Source: Marsupella aquatica
Lineage: Eukaryota; Plantae; Marchantiophyta
Length of the DNA: 64,000 nt
NCBI GenBank assembly: GCA_973895155.1
Contig: OZ316894.1
Location: 22,663,867-22,727,866 of the forward strand
Direction of reading: 5' to 3'
Part shown: in pieces, positions 27,087 through 41,083 of the stretch
How positions within the stretch are numbered: position 1 is the stretch's first letter
How the letters are laid out: each line of letters starts with the position of its first letter
Notes under the pieces: generated by a model
Database searches by the model: none
What the model was told of the DNA's origin: nothing
Seen by the model: the letters and a program-made list of their open reading frames with translations, nothing else
Made by a program: the position numbers and the translations under genes

Positions 27087-30000
27087 ATGGCCTCTTTAAC
27101 TCCAGGTGTGCTCTTGAAGCTTGTGCAACACATGAACTCCGACATCAAGGTTGCTGGAGAGTACCGCTCGGTTTTGTTACAGGTGATAAGCATAGTTCCC
27201 GCTCTTGCTGGTGGAGACCTGTGGGCCAACAAAGGATTTTACGTGAAAGTGTCAGATTCGTCCCATGCCTTGTATGTTTCTCTTGCAGAGGAGCAGGAGG
27301 AATTGATCATGAGCGATAAGTTGCAGCTTGGACAATATATTCATGTGGACAAGCTCGAGTCGGGCTCTCCCGTGCCTCTGTTGATAGGGGTGAGGCCTCT
27401 TCCCGGGAGGCACCAGTGTGTAGGGCAGCCTGAGGAAATTGTGGCTTCTTCTGTCTCTTCCGCTCAAATTGGGCGAGCTTTGTTTCCAGACTCTGGGTCA
27501 TCTGGCAATGCGACTTTGGACTCCTCTCGCACTTCTTCCAAGAGGTTTGATCCCTCTTCAGCAGAGACTGTTGCGTCCAGATTTGCCGAGAGATTCTTAG
27601 CCAGTGGATCCGAGGTGCCAATCCAGATTGCCGGTGACACTTCTCCTGTACCGTCTAAAGCTGCTGACAAGCCCAGTGGAAATGCCGCGGATGATTTCTC
27701 TTCCAAACTGAACGAGCGATTGTCAAGGAATTTAAACATCGAGAAGTCCCAGACCCCATCTTCTGATTACTCAGGAGGTGCCGAGTCCAGAGATGACACC
27801 GATGAAGTTAATTCTCGAGCGAAAGGGCGACTGGTTAAGTCCAAAGTCTTTCTGGACTGTTTCGGATCTGCCGTGCCGCGTGCTTCGCGGTCTATTCCTT
27901 CGTCTCCCCTGCCTTCCCACTCTGCACCCAGCTCTTTCGGCTCAGATAGACCATCGACACCTTCATCAGGAAGGAGTTTCTCCTCAGACAAGTCTTCGGC
28001 CAAGAAGCGTGTCATTGCATGCCCGGAAGATAGAAAGGTTCCGTATAAGGGAGAGATTGCTGCAGCGGTTTCTGTCAAGAGCAGGGCATCGTCCCCTGGT
28101 GTAAAGAGGTCCGCCAGCGTAGGCAAGACTCCTCGACTTAGTATCGGAACAGATGGAAATAAAAGGCGATCTCTTGGTGGTGTAGTGAAAGCTGGAGAGA
28201 TTATTATCCCAGGGAATCCCAAAGGCATCCGGAAAAGCTGGGAGGGCGCAGTAGCAGCCAAGGAGAGTCGTGAACGGGCGAGTTCTAGACTCATGAAACC
28301 AGAAGCAAAAACAGCTGTACGTGCCTCGGTAAGCCCATCCTTGCATTCTGGTCTGGCTATTTCTGGGACGGATGGTTCAATTGTATAACACTCGGTGATC
28401 TTTGTGAGAAGACTGTATACCCCACAAGTCACGTAGTATTCATCCATCATTCATGGTTGTCATCATTTCATTTGGTGCACTGCTTTTGTGGTTGTCGTGG
28501 TACTCGACGTGAGCTGGTCTTCTGTAGAAGTCAAGTGTGCATTCATTCTCTGGCTGTACTGTCCTGTGCATTAACGCAGGCCTGTATGAGAATCTACATT
28601 TTTTGTATGGTCTCTCCTACGTTGATGCTTTCGAGTGGGTCATTGTATGTGCAAGTCTAAAACCAGCACGAGTGACAAACTTCTAATTCCGTATGCTTCC
28701 CAACTGCTCTGCTGTTGTGGTTTCATACGCAGTTGTAGAGACTCTCTGACATTCTAGGGTTTTGATACTGATCCTTGTTGCCTTTTGTTTCGTAGGTCTC
28801 GGTCAGTAGAAGGCTAAGCGATAACAACAACGGCCCAGCGGTGCTCGTGAAATGGCAGGACAAAGTACTTGTTACTCCGCAGAAGTCTGTATCAGAGAAG
28901 TTATCACCGAAAGTATTATCACCGAAATTGCCGGCGGTGAAAACTGCAGCTGTATTGCCCTCTACTGATCCAACGAATAGTACGACCAAGTCGTTCGTTC
29001 ATCACAAAAAATGGACAGATGGCTCGGTCTCATGGGAAAAGCTTCCCGACGGTCTTTCCTCGTTAGGAAAGGTAGTTTCCTTGGAGCCCGAGTGATTTGG
29101 TGGCATCGGAAAACATCAGTAATAGAGGACTCGTGAACCTTGTCAAGCTATTGTCCTCATATAGTGTTTCCAAGTTTAATTTGTATCGCTTGTTTTGCTA
29201 GAGGTGATTCAATTATTTTTCTGTTGCTCTTCCATGGACTGATCAGTTCGGCTTGGACCATTTTATCTTGTCTTCAGGAGGCTATGCAAAGGCGGAGCGC
29301 CGCAACCCTTGCAGCCATAGAAGCATTGCAAGAAGCGTCTGCTGCGGAAAGTGTCGTTCGTGCATTGAGGTTGACTACTACAGACTTCTGTGTTGTTGGC
29401 AATGACCTTTCAATTTGCGCACATTCTACCTGCTGTCTTGTATTGCACTTTCTTGCACATCCTCGTGCCATTATTCTCAAAACAGAGTGTTTCTTGAGGG
29501 GTTGACAATTGCTGTGTATCATGCTACCTTCTTTGGATTGTTTTTATCCTAATGCAAACTCTACTGCCATTGGTGTAATTTGGTAAGGTTGTGAAGTATA
29601 TCCAGGATGCTGGCTCGATTCGCCTCAAGTATTTAGGTTGCCAAGCTTTGCAGTATTGTAGCCATTCATTCCATATCAAGCTTACATTAAGACCTGTGTG
29701 TTGCTGTGCCTTGCAGCATGTTTGCTGAGATTTCGTCAGCTGCAAAGGCAGAACACCCACAGTCCTGTGTGGAGCAATTTTTGACGTTTTATCAGACTCT
29801 CAATCAGGCAACCATAGTTGCGGATGCTCTGGCTAAAAGTAGGAGTCTGGATAAGGTTCTCGAAGGCTCTGCAGTTGTTGGACCCGGCTCCGGTGACGAG
29901 TCTAAGGATCCTTCATCAGAGAAATTGAAGGTTTCTACAGAGAAGAAGAAAAATGCTGCTCTATGGGTTGGAGCAGCCCTCGCGTCGGATTTGGGATCAT

Positions 30001-30860
30001 TTTCTCTCCACTCGAAGAGCGCCAATTCATCTAAAAGTTCACTCAAGAAGGATGCTGGCAAATTGGGAACCCAGGCTGTTCTTGTGCTTGAACCATCAAT
30101 TCGTCTTCCGGTGGAATCGCCTCCGGTGACTCCCAAGGAATTCGTATCTCAGCCGAAGAAGGTACAAATTCAGCCTGGTCCTCCTGCTTCTCCGAATAAA
30201 ATTCCTACACGGACGGCATTGTCATCTGTTTCTCAAGCTGCTATTGACAAGCGACGTTCAATTCTCATGGAGGGTGGAGATACAAGACATGCCTCACCTA
30301 TGAAAATGCTGGTGTCCAATGTGCGGAGGAGTAGTAATGGCACGCTGGTGAAAAGTCTGAATGTCGGAAGTGTTAACGTGTCCAACAATAACAATAACAC
30401 AGTGATTACCAGTGCTGTGAAGACTGCCAATAAAACTTCAGCAGAGAAGCCTAGTATTAATTATTGGGTCAGAAACAACGGGCTTCTGGAAACTGCAGAG
30501 CTTGCAAGGAAGTTGCAAGTCGAGGCTCAATCATGGTTTCTTCAGTTCATGGAAACTGCGCTTGATAGTGGATTCCAGTTGTCCACAGGGTCAGATCCTG
30601 CCAGTGGAAATTCTACACCAAAAGCACAGGTGCAACAGGACAATGGCCAAATTGCTGCTATGTTATCTCAACTCAAGAGGGTCAATGATTGGTTAGATCA
30701 AGTGGGTCCTGATGATGAAAAATTGGTGGAGACGCTTGCTCGCTTGAAGCGCAAAATCTACAACTTCTTGCTGCAGCATGTGGAATCAGCAGCGTCTGCA
30801 CTGTGTAACCAGGCCTCCATGAACTCCTCTAACACGAAAGACAGCAAGTCAGGCAGTTAA
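27087..30860 (+). CDS. DUF936 family protein (CORD/cortical microtubule disordering-like), 4 exons: 27087-28328, 28796-29071, 29278-29369, 29717-30860
   Basis: Family N-terminus [61 protein letters not shown] and C-terminus [16 protein letters not shown]...[17 protein letters not shown]. Introns are GT-AG and phase-consistent. Confidence 0.9.
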
Positions 30861-33302
30861 TCGATCCCTTTTTCTTCATATCAGATTGATTCTCTTCCAC
30901 TGTACACTACTAAATCACAGCTCAGGTTGTCATCCGTTTTGGGTCGTTGCTTAGAAACGACTAGAATAACCTGAGTTGCTTTCCTTTGGATGAAGACAGG
31001 GAGGAAACCCTCCCTACAGATTTCCCTGAACATAGCTTTTGTTAGCTGTGTCAATTTCTTCCATTGTTGAGAAGATCTGGGCCCCTTGTCGGGGTTACTT
31101 TCACAATATTGAGCCGTTTTAGTAGAAAAGGGGTTACTAGTCCGAACATGGAATTCTTTTTTTGTCGATTCGTCGATCAGCTGACGGTGGGTTCCTTTGG
31201 AGAACTTAGAAATCTGTTTCCTGTTAGGAAGATTCGAAAAAGCAAATATACCATTTGCAGCATGTATTTATCTTGGTGAAGAGTGATTTTGTCGCATCTC
31301 GTTGGTGACCCGATCTTGTTTGGCTACTGAACCTGGAATGGAGTCTCTTTTGGGTTTATTACTGATCAGAATATCCTTCCCAGTTGTATGGAGCCGTTTG
31401 GAATATTTAATCTTATGTCAGTTGCAGTAAGAAAAGAGGTTTGCACATCCATGACATATCTCCATCTCATTCTCCTGCAAGAGTGATGTAAAACCTGTAT
31501 CGTGGCAACTTCTGTGGTCCCGCCAACTGGATCCGCTTCAGCCCATCAAATGAACATCTATAGTGTCTTGCCAACTGTGGCAAAGGATACGCCGGAATGT
31601 CGCTGCAGTCAGACTTTTGATCTAAAGGTGCCACTGGTCTCAGTTGCTGATATATGAATACAGGTTTTGTAACACAATTTGGGGAGAAGACAAGTTGAAG
31701 TCGGAAGGAAATTCTCGCTAGAAGCTCAAAGTAGTTTGTGCCTGGAAATTCTCGCTCGTAGCTAGTTCCGGGAGGTTGTACCTTTCGGTAATGCTTATCG
31801 TTGAGCCATACGAAAGGGGTAACAGGGTAGGTAACACGGTAAAGTCGGCATTGGGTAGTAATTGCACTTGTAACTTGTATTCGATTGTGAAGATCGAGAG
31901 GACTACAAGATGTGGGGATGCTGCATCCATTTATCCTAGAATGTTTTGGCCCATGTGCTGGCGGGCTTGGAATTAGTCTGTGTGATCGTTAATGGATGTG
32001 CTACTGGTCGTGCTGCATTGTTTTGGCGGCTTTGAAGGTACAATTCTCACTTATTTCACTCCATGCGCTTCTTTTTGTATTGGTGATGGGGATTTCTTTA
32101 CATGCCTTTCGCAGTGATGGGGAGTTTCCTCACATGCTTCTTGGAATGACAGCCAGCTCTATGCACTGTATTATGAGTGCACAAGCGATCAACTGTGCAT
32201 TGCTCCTAAGTGCGACATCTACACTACACAATAAGTGCATGGGAAATACTTTGTGCACTTCCCCATATGTGTTGTCCTGATTCCCCATACCCCAAGCTCT
32301 CATGCTCACTGATTCAACTAGTGTTTCTGGGCATTGAGTGATATTGCCCATAAAAACAAGGGCTTTGACTTAACCCACCAATATCTATATAAAAGGAAAT
32401 GTGTCCAAGATTTCTCTCTTTTTCACATTCCTCCTCTAGAATGAGACTTTGTTACACAATTTCAGGAAAAATGTTCTGAAAATGTTCAAACCTGGTGAAT
32501 CCGGGTTTTGTCATGAACAGTCATGCTTTAAGTTTTGAGGGGGTGTTATTGCCCACATTTGGTATATACTAATGTTTCTGGGCATTGTGTGATATAATGT
32601 CCATAAAAGCAAGAGCTTTCGCTTAAGTTTTGAGGGGGTGTTATTTCTCATATTGTCTTGGAAACAGGAACTTAAAACACTTAAAGCCCTTAGGGATTAT
32701 TATTTTTACTAAGTTTAGTACAAGCACACAAGAGTCTTCCTGAAGAGGTGATCCAAATCTTGACTTGGGCATTCTTATGGAAGAATGCACTGAGAAATAC
32801 CAAGTGAAAAATCACTAAAGGCATTCAGTAATTGTAGGTGGCACTATTTTCTTATGTATGCATTGATCTATGCATGTGCACATTTAAAATACTGAAATAC
32901 ACAATTCTATTTGTAATGGAGTAAGGGTCTACCTGCACTTATGCAAACTACATTGTTGGGTGAATCTCAAATGAATTCTCTAAAATATTAGGTGACCAGA
33001 TAGCCTGTTTGCACTTTTCCACAGTTTACTATCTGCATGATTTTGTGTGGTACAACCTTTTGATACTGTAGTCCAATGAAGGAATGACTCATGTAAGGGA
33101 CCCTTCGTGACAGCGACTCCGCAGTGTGAAAGGATGGATTTGTGGAAAACAAAGTTCGTGTCACCACATGATTCGTAAGATTGACGCAAACGGTAATGCG
33201 TTTCAATTTTTAAAGAATTGGAAACCTCTGTTCCTGGGTCCTGCGCAGATTCTCTGCTACAGCACTTTTGGGGCTGCTGAAAGCTTTCATTTATAGTTTG
33301 GG

Positions 33303-33462
33303 CTTTGAAATGCATGTTCATGTATATCTTGAGTTCTGAAATGCATGTTCAAGTGCACCTATGCTTTTCATTTTTACTCCTGGTTTTGAAATGCATATTC
33401 AAGCGCACCTATGCTTTCATTCATACTTTGGCTTTTGAAATGCATGCTCCAGCGCACCTATA
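33303..33462. repeat. Degenerate short tandem repeat (TTTGAAATGCATGTTCAAGTGCACCTAT-like) x4
   Basis: The motif recurs at about 33304, 33335, 33385 and 33434. Confidence 0.65.
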
Positions 33463-34128
33463 CTTAGCAGACATGCTTGGGTTTCACCTCATAGTTTCTC
33501 TATAAGTTATTGTCCATGTCTATTGCAAGGAAGATCGAATTAAGGAGCCTTGGTTTTGAAGAAGTTTCGTGTCTAACGGGGAACGGGAGCCCGGTGTGTA
33601 TCAGCCCGGAATTTACATCATCCTGAACAGCCGGACAATCCATCCCCTCCGGACAATCCATCACCTCCTGCTCCCGCAAACCTCCTCCCTGCGTGCACGC
33701 GATCCCACTTTTCCAAAAAGCCTGATCTTCCTCAGGAACGCGTGGACTCACAAGACATTTGCCCGGCTAGACCTGAGTCGCCGTTACTGGTGCTATGATC
33801 GTTAACGCAAATCGCTAATGTTGCCCTTCCTACAGAATCCATGGCTTTCAAGTCGACTCGGTGAAATCCACGTCATAGAGGAATTTATAAAATCGCAATC
33901 CAAATTCTTCATCGAGGATTTACATTTCGTTCTGCTTTAACAACTTTTCCGGAAACACTTTCAATGGAGGTAGTGGGTACCAAACTCCACTCGGGTATTC
34001 TTGCATCGAACAAAAGAAGAGTAATCTTACGGAGGAAAGACTGGTTGTCTGCTCAAAATTCAAAAAAATAGATCCACCTGACGTGGTCATGATAATATAA
34101 GCACTTCTCGTACTCCCACAGTCCATAG

Positions 34129-34318
34129 CTGCCTCAAAATTTGAACATGCTGATAGTCGGTGCAAAATTGTTGGTCATGGTAACTGTAAGTATCTGCCTA
34201 TCTGCCTCAAAATTTGAACATGCTGACAGTCGGTGCAAATTGTTGGTCATGGTAACATTATCTGCCTCAAAATGTGAACATGCTGACAGTCGGTGCAAAT
34301 TGTCGGTCATGGTAACTG
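34129..34318. repeat. Tandem repeat, ~60-70-bp unit CTGCCTCAAAATTTGAACATGCTGACAGTCGGTGCAAATTGTTGGTCATGGTAAC x3
   Basis: Copies start at about 34129, 34202 and 34262. Confidence 0.85.
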
Positions 34319-34544
34319 GAAGACTCCCACGGACTACCTGGTCAGGACAGGTGTTGGAATCTTGACTCGCGATCATTCTTCATACATAGCTTCGGTCACC
34401 AGATTAGGAGGCTTTAAACTCCTGCTCCTTCAGTGGGAACAGTTTGAAAATTCAACATACCTTTCAATTCTTATCATTTCAAGTCACTGCTGCAAAGTTT
34501 CCTCATTGTCTTTTGATCACAGAAACCGAAAACTGCTTTTCAGC

Positions 34545-35828
34545 TCAAAGTTGGATTCCACACTTCAAATCAGCATATTCCTGACTATTTTCTTCACAAT
34601 CTGTTTCATGCCAAACAATCTTTGAGTGCTCGCTTCCGAACCCTTTGCCTTCAAGGAGACATGATCCGGAGGAATGCTTGCTTTTCCAATCCACTCCTAG
34701 ATAAAGCGCATCATTTCCTCTTACAGGAGCAAGTGGCGTGAATTTCAGATATTGTTGACGTAGCATGGAAGGAAACGAATTTGAATGCAGATCTTTCCAA
34801 GACTTGCTGTCAACGTCTTGGACATAGATGCCGAGCTGAGTAATCAAATGAAGTTTACCCTCAGCTACGAACACAGTTTCTGAATCATGCTTCTGAAATC
34901 TCTCCACTTCTCTCCAGTCATCCTTGACTGGATGATATGCCTCCAGAAACATTGCATCATGCACCGAATTAGTAGGTATACGGTATCCATCTTCATTCAG
35001 AAAAGGCTTCGCTAGGTCTTCACCGTAGTCTAGGTCAAAAACCTCTCCACCATACACCAAAAGTACCTCTCTTAGTGTAGCAACATGATGACCACATCGC
35101 AAAACTTTCACGGGCCTTGTTGGAGACCAAGTATTGGCACAGGCCCATTGTGACTTGCACCCCCAAATACATAAATCTTCCCACCTATGACACCACACCC
35201 AAACTTCAGGCGTCCCTCTTGCATGCTTGCACATTGCTGCCATTCACAGCTCCAGCTGCGGTCCTGGCTAGGACGCCCCAGCTTTTCTTCCGGCCCCACC
35301 AGGTCCAGCACGTATACTTCATTGTATACTTCCTTGAATTCATCGTCATCCTCATTTCCACACGACTCACCATATCCGGTTCCTCCTCCCAAAACGTATA
35401 TTTTGCCATCCAATGAAACACATTGGCATTCCCATGGGATTCCCCTGTTACACCCTGGAATTTGAGGCAATTCATAGCAATGTTCTTCTCTCGGGCAATA
35501 AAGGAAAATTCCCTCACAACTGAAATCTATTATTTTCGAAAGGATGACTATGGACAAGAAGCGTATCAGTCGACCAAGAGCTAACTCTGGCATCGTAGAC
35601 ACGACGACTTTGAATTGCTTTTCGCCAGGTAGGACTTACTGATGACAGGATGCAAAATGCTTTCCACGGCAGCTTTGTACATATGTGGTCCAAGGTTATA
35701 ATGTTGGGGATCCCCGGAAGAAGTTGGTCACCCTGCCCCTCCGACTTTGAATGCTTCTCACTGGTCCCTGTGCTTTCAGTAACTGTATTGCTTGCCCTAC
35801 AGTCTCCCATCCCGTCGTTGCTCATCAT
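34545..35828 (-). pseudogene. Intronless F-box/kelch-repeat protein gene with two frameshifts
   Basis: The F-box (LLPGIPNIITLDHICTKLPW...LSSVSPTWRKAI) is in ORF 35514-35828. Kelch repeats (CVSLDGKIYVLGG; WQQCASMQEGRLKFGCGVIGGKIYVFGG) are in ORF 35108-35602. Further kelch motifs (EAYHPVKDDWREV, VAEGKLHLI) are in ORF 34545-35243. The frames change without plausible introns. Confidence 0.75.
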
Positions 35829-37689
35829 ACTCTATGTCCGTGACAGAAAAAAGTACGAATTTCAAGTAGGTGTTCGCTGTGACCCCTAGATTCGAAGATA
35901 ATCCACCTTATTTACGACAACGTCGAACTATGGTGGTCTGTCTTCCCACTCCTGCCTCTCTGGCTCCTTCGCTTGGAACTGTAGGGAACTTGGAGAACCC
36001 AAGATCAATAGGTATGATCCAGGATCGCGATGGATTGGCACAGAAACATCAGTAATGGTTACGACAGGACAAGAAGCTCACGTCTATTTCATACCTCTAC
36101 ATTTGACCTGGATAGCCCTCTACATTTGACCTGGATAGCTGCTTCTAGTAGTACGCATTTGTGAAAAATGTTACTAGTCAACTGGTCCCATGGCCTCATA
36201 GGCCTGACGAGAGTACTACTTCCAGACTTCACAGGATCTGTCAAAAAACTTTGCATGAAAATGTGGGTGAATCGAGACGAGGGCTTCTTCAACAGCCTCA
36301 ATATTGACCAGTAGACGAAAAAGATTGGCCCATGAGGAGCAGAGGATGCCTCTCTGAAATCCAATGCTTGAACTACTGCCGTCCAATCCCAACTCGATCA
36401 GAGGCTTTTATCAGCTTCAACGATCAGAGTCTTTTATAGTGGCAGGTGTGGTTTAACCAGGAGCTTCAAAGTCCAAATTTGCAGTGACACTTAACTGTAA
36501 GACCGGAGATCGTTGCAAAATGGGAGGGAAGATAGTAATGTTGTGTAGCACCTCGTCCTTCCTTAGGTGAGAGAAGGGACTGTGGGCTTCTATGCTCAAA
36601 TCAATGGCCGTTATTTTTGTGCTGTTACCGTTCACAAGAAATAGTTTAACACATTAAAAGTATTTCCATCGTTGGTAATGGAATGGATCCATGCTCACAA
36701 TCTCACTCTTTTTCTATTTTCTCTTTTCGTATTAAATTCATACACAGATGAATGAAAATTCTTTAATTTTTTTTAACATACATTAAAAAAAACAGTTTTT
36801 GAAATTAAACTTGGCTTTTCTTTTTACTTTTCACTCTTTGTGGGCAGGTGCGAGCAGGCACAGGACAGCTTGGGTAGACAGGTAGGCAGGCAGGGCATGT
36901 GGGCGGATCTAAGGATGCAAAAAATTTTTTTTTTTTTTTTGTGAAGGGCCAAGATTGGCTCACACCTTTTCTCATTTTGTAAGCAAACGATCCCACCTTT
37001 TTGGCGGGATCGTTATTATTATAGTGTTTAATTTAAATTTGAGCATAAATTTTAAGAATAGCCTAAACCAATGCAATAGTTTTTATCCAACAAGGTTGTA
37101 GATGGAATCACACAACTCCACAAAATAAACATGCTATGTAGAGCTGCAAATAATATTATTGCAGCAGTTTCACACATTCATAGAATTCTATCCAGGTTGC
37201 AGACGTTCATCTGAGCATTTTTAACAATATGGATGCCATAGGTTCTTTTTCCTCAAAATATGACAAATTGATGGAGCATGTTTCTGAACATGAGTTGTGA
37301 AGCTGGTTCTAATGTTGACTCACCCTGAATTTGAGTGAAAATAATGGTTCACTCACTTTTGGGATTGACCACTTTACAAAAACTTCTTCCCTCTTACAGC
37401 CAGGAATATGATAATGTCCTTTAGAACTGCATGGTTGCCATAGCTCCATAATTATGTCTACTTCCATCATGGACTCCATCATAATAACTTAAGCCAGATC
37501 ATTAAACCCTAAACCCATGAACGAGCGAGATTTCCCGCTCAAACTACATTATGATTAGGCAGTCTCAGCCTAATCAGTCAATCTCCTGTTACAATGTCTT
37601 CCGGTTGTTGAATGTGGCAGTTTCACGTCGCTTGGTTGCTCTTGCTGCCAAGGAATTTAATGGGCGAGAGGGTTTCGAGGTTCAGCTTT

Positions 37690-38155
37690 TCAGTAGGTGA
37701 GAAATCCTTTGCCAGCCATCCTCTTCTGGGCTGGTTGAAATTTGTTGTCCTCTCTCTACTGAGCTTTTCTTTCTGCATTCGTTTCATGGTTTCGGGAGGT
37801 GCGAAAGCCTTTGCTGTAAGCCATGCTCTTCTGAAGATGTTGAAATGTTGCCCTCTCTCCGGAGTTTTTCTTTGTAATGAGAGGTTGGAAATTGAGCTTT
37901 TCTCTCTGCAGTAGTTTTCGTCGTTTCAGCAGGTACCAAATCCTTTGCTGCCAGCCGTCCTCTTTTGAACAAGTTGAAATGCTGACCTCTTTCTCTCCTT
38001 AGGCTCCTTTCCAATAAGAGGGTGGAATTCGAGCGTTTCCTTGTGCGCTAGTTTTCAACGTTTCAATCGGTTAGAAAGCCTCTGCTGCCAACATTGCGCT
38101 TCTCCTGAGGTTTTTTTATTGCAAGAGGGTGGAAATCGAACATTTCTCTCTGCTT
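37690..38155. repeat. Degenerate tandem array, ~4 units of 95-140 bp (AAATCCTTTGCTGCCAGCCGTCCTCTT...GTTGAAATG...GAGGGTGGAAAT)
   Basis: The motif recurs at about 37702, 37804, 37938 and 38075. Confidence 0.6.
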
Positions 38156-38427
38156 TAATGTTGTGGTGGAAGGATCAGTTAAGACACGTAGGGCTCCAGA
38201 CGCTTCTGTGCTGTGATTGCTTTCAATATCTCGTTTCCCAATTCGTTGCCAGCCGTCGATCAGGGGAATCCTAAACTTCGTCGGAAGGGAAAACTCCTGG
38301 GATCGAATGTGGATTATTGGGCTTATTGGTTTTTTCAGTTTAAAATACGGTACTAGAATTAAATGAATGTGCTTGAATCTGAACTTCTGCCGCCAGGTGC
38401 TTCTTGAGCGGAACCAGCTGTGTATCT

Positions 38428-39980
38428 ATGGAATCCAACAGCTCCTTCGACGTGGTATCCATCTCCTGTTTCACTCGTTGAGTCCTTTGCCTTCTCGTGA
38501 GTCACCTTAAAGTGTAGCGCTGCTCTTGGTGTCCGTTTGCTCTGTCTCAGTTCTTCTGTTAGCCTGCCTTCCTCCCTTTAAAGTTAGCGTAGAGTCTTGC
38601 TTTTGACGTGTTCTTTCACCGCATGTATGCTAATTATTTCGAAGCTATCGATCGTCTTGGACTCCAGCCGTTACTTGTAAATTACATATTTTCCTTAAGT
38701 GTTGAGGAAATTTCTATTGGGCATTTGGTTTTTCCCGTTGCACCAATTCGGTTTGAGAAAATCGATGTCGACCTCTGTTTCGTGACTTCAGGAAGATGTC
38801 CACAACTTTTTCAAGGAAGTGTGGGCCAAAGATCGCCGGGCTGAAGGTTTGCTACACCAACCCAGGCTCCGCGTGTTTGGAGTCCATGTCTGGGCATTTT
38901 ATAGATCTTCTCTTGTCCGTGTTTATCCATAACGATGTGTTTTCGAATCAGGCCATGATGGACAAGTTTGTTGTGTGAAAATTTAAATTCCGACGTTTCT
39001 GTGCAATTTTGTGCAGACGAAAGACTTAGAGAAGAGTCAGAATGGCCGCAAGAAAGCGAGATTGAGGTACCTAGATAGGACCACTCATCTTGAGCTACAA
39101 ATAGTGTCTTTGTCTCTTTAGTTTAGGATATGTGTTTGATTTTATAGAGCTGTGCTCCATTTCTGCGCATCCCAAGCAGTTGTTCCAATAACTCCATCTA
39201 GTTACCTCAATCTTGCTGTCTTGCCGCCACTCTGACTCTAGTGTCACTGGGGAGATTCACTGGGATCCTGATAGTATCTATCCAGCTTTGTAATAAGGAT
39301 TCTGCACCCAACAAAAAGCTTTCAGTGTGGAAAATCGTTTGCGTCGATTTGCTGTGCCCTAGAAAAAACAATTAGGAAAGAAATGAGTCACTTTTCGTTC
39401 CTGACTCACGATTTGTTCTACAAGTCTTCATTTTTACACTTGTTCTGTGGCATCTCAAGACTGGAATTGCACCCGAAGATGCAGCTGAGTCTTCTAAAAA
39501 GCCTCGGACGACAGGTAGATTCCAATTCTGGATCATTCACAGTGCTTTTCAAAATCTTCCTCATGAAATCTCTCTAAAATGTCAGTATTTGGATTGAAAT
39601 GGATACACGAGCATTTTGATTCGAATGTTCTGCAGAGGACGGGTCTCAAGTTTGACTCAACTGTGTTGTGGTTCGTGTAGTGAATTCAAATGCCTTGAAG
39701 GTGACCTGTGAACTGCTGAGACTTTTCGTTTCTGGTAGGAGCTCTCATGCTTGCTTATAAGCTTGTTTTTGTTTCGACCATTAAGCTGCTTCGCTAGGGC
39801 CAGCAATATCGTCTTGGTAAGATTACGATGCTTGCGTCCTGGAGTTCATGCCATTTGTTGTGCTGAATCTTGGCAGAGGCTATTCAACGAGCAGGACTTG
39901 TCACAGACATAGAAGGTTTAAGAGAAATTGACGAGAGCCACCTTTGGAGAATCCTCTCAGAACTCATGCACGACTTTTGA
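38428..39980 (+). CDS. Candidate small acidic orphan protein, 96 aa, 5 short exons: 38428-38454, 38792-38846, 39017-39066, 39460-39514, 39877-39980
   Basis: Four GT-AG introns with matching phases (0,1,0,1) give MESNSSFDVEDVHNFFKEVWAKDRRAEDERLREESEWPQESEIETGIAPEDAAESSKKPRTTEAIQRAGLVTDIEGLREIDESHLWRILSELMHDF*. No family recognised. Confidence 0.45.
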
Positions 39981-41083
39981 CAAGGGTTTATGCTGCAATG
40001 GACATCAATGAGGAGTCTGGTTATGAACTTACCTCCTTTGGGTCACTTAGTGCCCACGTTATATGTGTCTCTTGGGTTTCCTTAGACTGTGGCCGCTTCT
40101 CCTTCTCCTTCTCTTGTATGAGCATAGAGTCCTTAATTACACTTGAGAAAGAAATAGCATTTCTTCCCATATTGAGGTTTCGCTTCTTAAATGGAATGTA
40201 CTTTCTGTGGGGTTTCTCTAGACTGTGGCCCCTTTTCCTTCTCTTGTCCGGATGCTTTGCATCTCTCTTTCTTTCTTTCTATCTTTGCCATGATCGCCTT
40301 CTATGATTCCATGTTGACCATATTCTAAGCTTATTGGCAAAGCTAATTAGCTTTCTCAACCACAAAAGTGTTGGCATTGTAAAATAAAGTACTTCAAGCA
40401 AATGATAGGCGTGGAGGTCGTTTACAGAAGGTATGTTTGGAGGCATATCTTTGAAAGAAGCAATCGTTTGGAGAGATTCACTTGCAAAGCCTTTTGCTAA
40501 ACATTGAAAGTGGTCGTGTTGAATGTGTAAAAGTGCAAGAAAATTAACCTCAGCTTTTGCTTCACTATCTTGCATTGATCTTCCTACATGGAAGTCTAGT
40601 GTATTCTAGCTTATAGTCCATAGTCTGGTCTGGGTGTTTTGAATCTTTTGCATCAGATCATGTATCAGGTTGTCATTAAAAGAACGGGAAGGTAGAATAC
40701 GATGAAGGTCACTGAAATTGAACTCACTTGTTTGCATTACACCCACAACCACATTCAATGTGTTTGCATTACCCCACTCACCCTTGAGCACTTGGGGTAT
40801 ATTCCTGCAACACCATGGTGTTACTCAGGGTCAAATACGAAAAACCATAGCCACTAAAAATTCATTGTGCATTCCAAAATAAGTATTTTCATAAAGGCAT
40901 AGGAGTAAGAACTTGAATAGTGTTGATAACACCAAAATAGTTATAATTTGTTTAAAATGCACAATAAGAATATTATGAAATATTTTTTTTCTAAAATATG
41001 CATATTTTAAGTTTGTCAGGAGCTTAGTGTTATCCTAATATATACACTGAGGTAAACCCTGAGCTGCAATTGTCCTTAATTTG

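Noticed and set aside
5734-30860. Adjacent CIP7-like and DUF936/CORD-like genes as a microtubule-related cluster
   Set aside because: Two genes 12 kb apart is no evidence of clustering without synteny data.
34129-34318. CRISPR-like appearance of spaced repeats (also 55288-55512)
   Set aside because: Eukaryotic context, no unique equal-length spacers and no cas genes; ordinary tandem repeats.
33500-34450. Minus-strand coding-like fragments downstream of the kelch pseudogene
   Set aside because: Broken by stops and a tandem repeat; no family could be assigned.
40279-40830. Minus-strand ORF fragments that might be a transposase relic
   Set aside because: No catalytic motif or termini recognised.
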